From contig CAZCFE010000001.1 of assembly GCA_964497925.1 (NCBI GenBank), positions 77,370-141,369 of the forward strand: DNA of 64,000 bases. The letters run 5' to 3'. Both the position numbers and the translations under genes were made by a program. The stretch's first letter is position 1. The number at the start of each line of letters is the position of its first letter. Shown here in pieces: positions 57,888 to 64,000 of this stretch. This DNA is from an uncultured Alphaproteobacteria bacterium (GTDB lineage: Bacteria > Pseudomonadota > Alphaproteobacteria > CAIYWZ01). Under the pieces are notes generated by a model, which saw nothing but the letters and a program-made list of their open reading frames with translations, was not told where the DNA came from and searched no databases.

Positions 57888-59063
57888 ATGAAGATTGCAT
57901 ATGAATCTTTAATCATTTCATGTTTACATTTTCTTTACTTTTTTTCTTTATATCTGGATGTGATAAGAAAAAAATGCCTTATGGGAAGCAAGATGGAATC
58001 AAGATTGAAAATTATTGGAGTTGTTGCTCTGCTCTTCTTAAATTATCATCACAGCTGTTATGCGTTTGGATGGTTTAAGTCTTCTCAAGATTCTCAAACC
58101 TCTGTTGAAGATCAAGTTCCTAGCATTTCCATACCTTGGGCTTATTCAGACATGAATCCAAATCGTTACGCTAATTTGATTAAAGACATGATTAAGGACG
58201 CAAATGTTCAGGGGCAAGGTCAAGTAGTTGGTTTATTACTTCAAATGCAAGATATTTTAAGAGACAGATCAAATGCGGCTAAATTTGCTCAACAGGGGTT
58301 GCCATACCAAAAAAAATCGTTTTTTAATTCTCAGATAAGTTTAGGAATGAAAGTTTTCCCTGGGCCTAGAGGTGATACTGTTATTAAAAATCTTGAAAAT
58401 GAAATTAATGAATTGGGTCAAAAACTAAGAGGTTTGTATTTAGCAAATAAGCAGAATCCAGGGGGGTTCTTTCAATCAATGATCAATAAACAGTCCGCCT
58501 CATTTTCTGAAATTATTAATAATCTTGATACAGAGTATCAAGAAATAGAGCCAATAGATGATTCTGGATTTAATGATGAAGAAGAAGATGATGAATCAGG
58601 CGACATTTTTTCTGATGGAGGGCAGACATCTCTTCAAGCTCAAGAATTTTCAGAATCAAATTCTGGTACCCCTTCAGTAGCTTCTGCTTCTACTCCTTCC
58701 AGAAACTCTACCAATCAGGTTTTGAGTCAGAACTTATATCTGAAACAATTCGCGCAAAAGTATGGACTGGTTTCATATGACGATGCTTTTAATGGACAGA
58801 TTATTCGCATTTTATCGACTGCTAATATAGGAACTCTTGAAAAAGCTGCAAGTATTTTTGATAGGTACAATTTAAATGGATTAAAATTATCGCAAAAATC
58901 TGACAAAGCACTTTTCATATCAGGCGTTTCATTTTTTGTGGAGCGATTTGATACCGTATGCGCAAATACCCCTGAAATTTGCACACGAGCAGAGATAGAG
59001 CCCTTTGAAAGTGTATTCATGCCAAAATTATTAAATGTATTAAAACGTCAAGGAACATTCTGA
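57888..59063 (+). CDS. Secreted/periplasmic hypothetical protein with an acidic low-complexity linker
   Basis: Alternative starts at 57981 or 57993 give a cleaner signal peptide, MESRLKIIGVVALLFLNYHHSCYA. The central linker is DDSGFNDEEEDDESGD followed by a Ser/Thr-rich stretch. The lytic transglycosylase gene lies 34 nt downstream. Confidence 0.5.
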   Translation: MKIAYESLIISCLHFLYFFSLYLDVIRKKCLMGSKMESRLKIIGVVALLFLNYHHSCYAFGWFKSSQDSQTSVEDQVPSISIPWAYSDMNPNRYANLIKDMIKDANVQGQGQVVGLLLQMQDILRDRSNAAKFAQQGLPYQKKSFFNSQISLGMKVFPGPRGDTVIKNLENEINELGQKLRGLYLANKQNPGGFFQSMINKQSASFSEIINNLDTEYQEIEPIDDSGFNDEEEDDESGDIFSDGGQTSLQAQEFSESNSGTPSVASASTPSRNSTNQVLSQNLYLKQFAQKYGLVSYDDAFNGQIIRILSTANIGTLEKAASIFDRYNLNGLKLSQKSDKALFISGVSFFVERFDTVCANTPEICTRAEIEPFESVFMPKLLNVLKRQGTF

Positions 59064-59097
59064 AGATTTTTTTCAGAAATAAAAATGAGAGAAGAAT

Positions 59098-59769
59098 ATG
59101 AATTTTATAATATTGTTTATTTTAATGTTTTTTCAAACTGCTTTTTGTGCCCCGGATCTATGCATTAATGCCATTAAGAAGGTTGAAAAAGAAGAAGACA
59201 TCCCGCGGCTATTGATGCAGGCAATTTCAGTGGTTGAATCTGGACGTCCTACAGAAGAGAATATTCTTGCACCATGGCCATGGACGCTGAATGTAAATGG
59301 AAAAGGTGAATTTCATCCAACAAAAATTGCGGCAATTACAAGGGTGAAGTCGTTGATGAGCCAAGGAATTAAAAATATCGATGTTGGGTGTATGCAGGTG
59401 AATTTAGGCTACCATCCAGATGCATTTAAAAACATAGAAATGGCTCTAGATCCTTATCATAATGCTCTTTATGCTGCAAAGTTTTTAAAAAAACTTATGG
59501 ATGAAAAAAGATCATGGTCTATGGCAATTGGCCATTATCATTCAAGGGTTCAGCCTCATTATATTTCTTATCGTAAAAAAGTATATCATCAATGGAATCA
59601 AGAAAAATTAAAAGATGCGGGAATTGTTATTGAAAAACAAGGAGTTTCGTTATCGAAAAGATTTCCGTATCGTTGGCTTTTAAACATGAAGCCTCAAGCC
59701 CCTAAGAGTTTTACATCTCCTTCGATCAAATCAAAAACATCCCATCATTTTCTTTTTTCACGAAATTGA
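59098..59769 (+). CDS. Lytic transglycosylase (SLT domain, IagB/VirB1-like small type)
   Basis: Signal peptide, catalytic Glu in AISVVESG, and the blocks WPWTLNVNG and DVGCMQVN. Confidence 0.7.
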   Translation: MNFIILFILMFFQTAFCAPDLCINAIKKVEKEEDIPRLLMQAISVVESGRPTEENILAPWPWTLNVNGKGEFHPTKIAAITRVKSLMSQGIKNIDVGCMQVNLGYHPDAFKNIEMALDPYHNALYAAKFLKKLMDEKRSWSMAIGHYHSRVQPHYISYRKKVYHQWNQEKLKDAGIVIEKQGVSLSKRFPYRWLLNMKPQAPKSFTSPSIKSKTSHHFLFSRN

Positions 59770-59849
59770 AGATTTGTCAAAAAAATATTTGACAATATGT
59801 TTTGTTGTGATATAATTAAACCATAAATAACTAAAAGTGGTTAAATTAA

Positions 59850-60401
59850 ATGAGTGACGATATTTTATTAAAGATAGTTGATTTCCCGATTTTTAAGAAT
59901 TATATTTCCTTTGATGTGTGGCAGGGGAATGTCATTGTTTTGTATGGGGAGAATGGGTCTGGTAAGACAACCTTTTTGAGGAAAATTGGACTTTGTGGTG
60001 TTTTTGCATATCCGCAAATTATGTCCTTTTCCAGCATGGCGTATTTAGGGCATGTTTTTGGTGTGCATACACAGCAAACATCCTTGGATTACCTGAGGCT
60101 TTCTCTTGATATTTTAAAAATCTCACAGGATAATATTTTTTATTTTTTGGATCGTTATGAGATTGATGGATATAAAAAAATATCAGACTTGTCTTTTGGC
60201 CAAATTCAAAAAATAGGAATTGTGCGCGTTTTGTTATCTAAAAAGCAATTATGGCTTTTAGATGAGCCATTTTCTAATATTGATCAGAAATCTGAAATTT
60301 TATTCTTATCTGATTTGGAGAAGCATTTATCTTTGCAAGGAGCTCTCATTTGTGCAACGCATGATAAATTTCCTTTGGCCCATGAGGGGGTTTATTTATG
60401 A
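59850..60401 (+). CDS. ccmA: Heme exporter ATP-binding protein CcmA
   Basis: Walker A GENGSGKTT, signature LSFGQ, Walker B LWLLDEP, and H-loop ATHD. It heads a ccmBCDE run. Confidence 0.8.
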   Translation: MSDDILLKIVDFPIFKNYISFDVWQGNVIVLYGENGSGKTTFLRKIGLCGVFAYPQIMSFSSMAYLGHVFGVHTQQTSLDYLRLSLDILKISQDNIFYFLDRYEIDGYKKISDLSFGQIQKIGIVRVLLSKKQLWLLDEPFSNIDQKSEILFLSDLEKHLSLQGALICATHDKFPLAHEGVYL

Positions 60402-61024
60402 TGGTCCTTTTACGGCATTATTTTAAAGTCCAAAAAAACTTAATAGGATCGGCTATGGTCTTTTCTTTGCTATATGGTTTTTTGTATAGTTTTTTTTGGA
60501 TTGAGTTCTTGTCATTAAAAGAATTTTCTTTATTTACGTGGATCAATATTTTGTTGGGTTTGTTTTTAGTATCATCAGATATCTATATTCAAGATATTAA
60601 AAATGGGTTTTTAGATTTTCTTTTTTCTGAAGGCATTTCAATTAATCAGGTAATCTGGGTAAAAATAACGTTCATTTTTTTAGGCTATTTTGTGCCAATT
60701 TTATGCGCGGCAATGATTAATGGGTTGTTTTGGGATCAAGCTTGGGGGGTGATTTTTAAAACTATTTGCGGAATTATTATATTATCTCCTGCGATGATTT
60801 TTTTGATTCATACCGGTAGCCTTATGATTTTTTACTCCTATATGAATGGATTTTTGATTCCTGTTTTAATGATTCCTTTTTTTATTCCCTTGTTTGTTTT
60901 TGGGCTTTCACTCACAATGAAAATGGAGTCTGATTTACTTTTGGGAGCTTGTGGGATTGATATTTTTTATTGTATCATTTGTTTTGCTTTATCTAAGTTC
61001 TTATTAAAGGAAAATTTTTCATGA
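60398..61024 (+). CDS. ccmB: Heme exporter membrane protein CcmB
   Basis: Six-TM profile, positioned between ccmA and ccmC, with ATGA overlaps on both sides. Confidence 0.75.
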   Translation: MMVLLRHYFKVQKNLIGSAMVFSLLYGFLYSFFWIEFLSLKEFSLFTWINILLGLFLVSSDIYIQDIKNGFLDFLFSEGISINQVIWVKITFIFLGYFVPILCAAMINGLFWDQAWGVIFKTICGIIILSPAMIFLIHTGSLMIFYSYMNGFLIPVLMIPFFIPLFVFGLSLTMKMESDLLLGACGIDIFYCIICFALSKFLLKENFS

Positions 61025-61686
61025 TTTTTTTATTCAAACCTCATTTTTGGAATTATCTATATAGCTACAGATTTGTTTTTGGAATCCTTTCTTGGATCTT
61101 CATTTTGATGGGGTTATACGAAGTATTTTTTGTTGTGCAGCCTGATTATACACAAGGTAATCTTATTAAAATATTTTTTCTTCATGTCCCATTTGCATGG
61201 CTGAGTATTTTGATATACATTATCATTTCTATTGCGGCGTTTATATTTCTTGTTTTCAAGATTCAAATTACAATCAAAATAATGGAATCTGGATCTCTTA
61301 TAGGTACTGTTTTCACCTCATTAACTTTGATTACTGGGAGCATATGGGGAAAGGCCGCATGGGGAACGTGGTGGACTTGGGACGCAAGATTGACATCGGT
61401 TTTGATATTATTTTTTATCTATGTTGGAATTAATGTATTAAAATCCAGTATGAGAAATACTCTAAAATCCTACAGAGTTTTATCTTATTATATTCTTTTT
61501 GGAGCTTTGAATATTCCAGTTATAAAATTTTCAGTTCAGTGGTGGAACACATTGCATCAGCCGGCAACAGTTTCAAAAGATGTTTTTTCTCATATGGACC
61601 CATCTTATTTATTTCCCTTGTTATGCATGTTTTTTGGATTTGGGTTTTGGGGGATTTTTCTAGGAATTATCGGAGTTAGAAGATGA
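61021..61686 (+). CDS. ccmC: Heme exporter protein CcmC
   Basis: Trp-rich WWD motif WGKAAWGTWWTWDARL. Confidence 0.85.
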   Translation: MIFLFKPHFWNYLYSYRFVFGILSWIFILMGLYEVFFVVQPDYTQGNLIKIFFLHVPFAWLSILIYIIISIAAFIFLVFKIQITIKIMESGSLIGTVFTSLTLITGSIWGKAAWGTWWTWDARLTSVLILFFIYVGINVLKSSMRNTLKSYRVLSYYILFGALNIPVIKFSVQWWNTLHQPATVSKDVFSHMDPSYLFPLLCMFFGFGFWGIFLGIIGVRR

Positions 61687-61760
61687 ATGAAATTGCTTTA
61701 ACATATATATTTAGTTTTTTGATCCTTGCTATTTTTAGTGTTTGGATGATTCGAAAATGA
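61683..61760 (+). CDS. ccmD: Heme exporter protein CcmD (25-codon micro-ORF, not in the ORF track)
   Basis: The ORF encodes MNEIALTYIFSFLILAIFSVWMIRK, a single TM helix with a basic end. It overlaps the ccmC stop and the ccmE start, both as ATGA, and sits in the canonical ccmC-ccmD-ccmE position. Confidence 0.6.
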   Translation: MNEIALTYIFSFLILAIFSVWMIRK

Positions 61761-62167
61761 AACCAAAATATAAACGGTTTTTTATCGGTATTTTCCTGAT
61801 TCTGAGCTTATCTGTTGCTTTTTTTTGGATTGGAAAAGCCCTTAAATCAAGCCTTGTATATTATGTAAAACCCAAAGAATTAGAAAGCTTACACCACAAT
61901 AAGATCATTCGTGTTGGCGGAATTGTAAACTCCTGGGATAAAGAGAAAAAATCTTTTATCCTTAAAGATGGAGAAGGATCTGTTTTGGTGGTTTATAAAA
62001 ATGAGCTTCCAATCCTTTTTAAAGAAAACCAAGAAGCTGTCGTGGAAGGGAATTATGGAAATAAAGTTATGCTTGCATATAAAGTTTTTGCAAAACATGA
62101 TCAAAACTATTTCCCCAAAGAAGTTGTTGAAAAATTAAAATCAGCTGGTCAGTGGAGAGGAAATTAA
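61757..62167 (+). CDS. ccmE: Cytochrome c-type biogenesis heme chaperone CcmE
   Basis: N-terminal TM anchor, OB-fold region, and the heme-binding His in FAKHDQNYFPKE. The ATG at 61757 is coupled to ccmD. Confidence 0.85.
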   Translation: MKPKYKRFFIGIFLILSLSVAFFWIGKALKSSLVYYVKPKELESLHHNKIIRVGGIVNSWDKEKKSFILKDGEGSVLVVYKNELPILFKENQEAVVEGNYGNKVMLAYKVFAKHDQNYFPKEVVEKLKSAGQWRGN

Positions 62168-62168
62168 A

Positions 62169-64000
62169 CTATTCATCAATTTCAATCTCCACTTCTTTTT
62201 CAAGAGTTTCAGTCATTTTGTCTGGTTCATTTGAATTGTCCTCTGTTTGCTGAATCGAACTTGGACCATCTTCATTGACAACAGCTTCTTCTCCGATGTC
62301 ATGCTCAATAGAAGCTTCTTTTGGGGGCTCTTTAATTGCCTCTTTGGCCACCCGGGTTTCACCTTTGAACATACCAATTGTTGAATCAGGTTGTGTGTTA
62401 TTTTGCATAACAGTTACTTTTCCTTGAATATTTGCCCAAGGTGTTCCATCATTTTGGTAAAGAGTTGTAAGTCCATTGGTCGTTGATAATTGTGAATAAT
62501 TTGATAATATGCCTTGTACAATAAGAGACAAATCGCCGTCAACATTTATGGGAGCCGATGATGATAATCCAAGCCTTAAATCTCCAGTATTCGAGATCTT
62601 GATATTTGTGTAAGAGCCCGAAATATCTAGAAGGGATAATGCAGTCATAAGATCAATCTCTCCTCCTGATTCAAGACTGAGTTTTGCCCCAAGATTAAGC
62701 GATAACAAATGATTATTTCCCAAAACTCCTTTTTGAGATTTGAATTGGAATGTTGTAAAAGGAGTGCTCAAGGTCAATGCATCACTTAAAGAAATCATAC
62801 CAGGAGTCGAGAAAGATAGCGCTTTCAAATCGTTATGAGAAGTAAGCGCGTTTAAGCTAAGGGCAGAGATTAAGTCTGATGTTTGAGATCCAATGCCAAT
62901 ATCTTGTTGGTTGTATAAATCAAGAACAGATGCCGTAACATATCCATCCGAGATGATTTTTTCTGCTTGTAGTTTTATGGAATTACCTTTTATTACAGCT
63001 GATCCATCATTTTGTAAAGATATTTGTCCCGTAGAGTCCATATAGAGCTCATCCATAACGGTAATAGTTCCTTTTGAAGAAATACTTTCTCCAAACATGG
63101 ATGCTTTTTTAGATATAATATCAATGCTGTCTTTGATGTTTAAGTTGTATGATTTGTTTCCTAATGATAATTCAGCTACGCCTTGGCTGATTTGCATGAG
63201 TTCTTCTGGCGTAAGAAGTCCTTGGAATTTTTCTGACGCATCATTTTTTGAAATAACCGTATCGCTGTCATAGTCATAAACGCTTAAAAATTTTGCTAAA
63301 ACTTGTTTTTTATTATTATCAATATTTAACATTGCTCCGATGATGACATTTTGTCCTGTGCCGTCTATGGCGTATGTTCCAGGAATTGATTCTTCAAAAA
63401 TAACTTCTTTAGCATAAAGATCAAGATTCCCTGTTCGATAAATGAGTTTAGATTTTAATATGAGATTATTGTGCCCTGCATCAAGGGTAAGATGTGTGCC
63501 TTTGTTGACCAGGTTTTCAAAATCATCTCCTTGCATAAAGCCATCTATATTCATATCTAAAATTGACTCTAACGTAACATCTTGTTTTCCAGAATAAATA
63601 GAACTGTTGCCGCGGTTAATAGATAGAGCCGATATTACAATGTCTTGATCTGTCGAAATTGAAGGGGAGTTGTCAAGAAGAAGATTTAAAGTTTGTTGGG
63701 TATTGATTTTGATTTTTCCAGAAGAATATACAGCTGTGGGGCTGTTTTGTGCCAATGCTGTTCCGCCAATATTCAAAGAAGCGGCTGTTGTAATATTTAT
63801 CCCGTCGCTCCCTGCTTTCATGACGACATAACCATTAGCCAGAATATTTAGTGGTGAATTCAAAGAAGAATCGGAAGCTGTTCCAAACTTCCCAATTCCA
63901 TTTTGAGCATCTATGGAAATATTTTTCCCGCTGATTTGGCCATTGAAAATTGTGCCCACGTTTGCAATGATGCTTCCATCGCCAGCTTTAATTTGCTTGC
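62169..64000 (-). CDS. Large beta-helix/filamentous adhesin-like protein, 5' partial (C-terminal ~610 aa in window)
   Basis: The frame stays open to nt 64000 beyond the track GTG at 63959. The sequence is Gly/Asn/Ser/Ile/Leu-rich with a short periodicity typical of parallel beta-helix passengers. The C-terminus has an acidic tail ending EKEVEIEIDE and no recognisable beta-barrel. Confidence 0.6.
   Translation of the reverse strand, partial: KQIKAGDGSIIANVGTIFNGQISGKNISIDAQNGIGKFGTASDSSLNSPLNILANGYVVMKAGSDGINITTAASLNIGGTALAQNSPTAVYSSGKIKINTQQTLNLLLDNSPSISTDQDIVISALSINRGNSSIYSGKQDVTLESILDMNIDGFMQGDDFENLVNKGTHLTLDAGHNNLILKSKLIYRTGNLDLYAKEVIFEESIPGTYAIDGTGQNVIIGAMLNIDNNKKQVLAKFLSVYDYDSDTVISKNDASEKFQGLLTPEELMQISQGVAELSLGNKSYNLNIKDSIDIISKKASMFGESISSKGTITVMDELYMDSTGQISLQNDGSAVIKGNSIKLQAEKIISDGYVTASVLDLYNQQDIGIGSQTSDLISALSLNALTSHNDLKALSFSTPGMISLSDALTLSTPFTTFQFKSQKGVLGNNHLLSLNLGAKLSLESGGEIDLMTALSLLDISGSYTNIKISNTGDLRLGLSSSAPINVDGDLSLIVQGILSNYSQLSTTNGLTTLYQNDGTPWANIQGKVTVMQNNTQPDSTIGMFKGETRVAKEAIKEPPKEASIEHDIGEEAVVNEDGPSSIQQTEDNSNEPDKMTETLEKEVEIEIDE

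Overview
Visibly AT-rich, very gene-dense bacterial chromosomal segment with about 56 protein genes, one tRNA-Arg(CCU) and one small SRP RNA. I saw no rRNA, CRISPR array, transposase or integrase. Gene content and local synteny point to an alphaproteobacterium: ffs-dnaX-ybaB-recR, murJ-trpS, efp-suhB, gpmI followed by an EnvC-like gene, ccmABCDE, a HemY-like TPR protein, PCu(A)C and SCO1, a DUF3426-type zinc ribbon, an NDUFAF7/MidA homolog, and RelA/SpoT. A host-associated lifestyle is suggested by strong compaction (many 1-14 nt same-strand overlaps of the ATGA type, three convergent 3' overlaps), a secreted ankyrin-repeat protein and several orphan secreted or repeat proteins; this is inference and is unverified. 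Most of the window is ordinary housekeeping. The best candidate for an undescribed system is a translationally coupled three-gene locus at 19.3-23.1 kb. It encodes a two-TM sensor-like protein, a paralogous sensor module plus HAMP domain fused to a complete MFS transporter, and an orphan COG2984-type periplasmic binding protein with no ABC permease or ATPase. Other loci worth a second look:
- a MotA-like/MotB-like stator pair with long coiled coils, split 24 kb apart
- a 922-aa signal-peptide/ankyrin protein with a papain-like Cys/His signature
- a 758-aa secreted protein with a GlnE/DrrA-like SDID motif
- a four-box DnaA-box cluster in a 223-bp spacer
- two large repeat/beta-helix proteins truncated by the window edges
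- a divergent pair of secreted orphan proteins next to a specialised lytic transglycosylase
- tandem MFS paralogs
- an N-terminally truncated NDUFAF7 homolog
- an unannotated 25-codon ccmD
All functional calls rest on motif recognition by eye; no database search was run.
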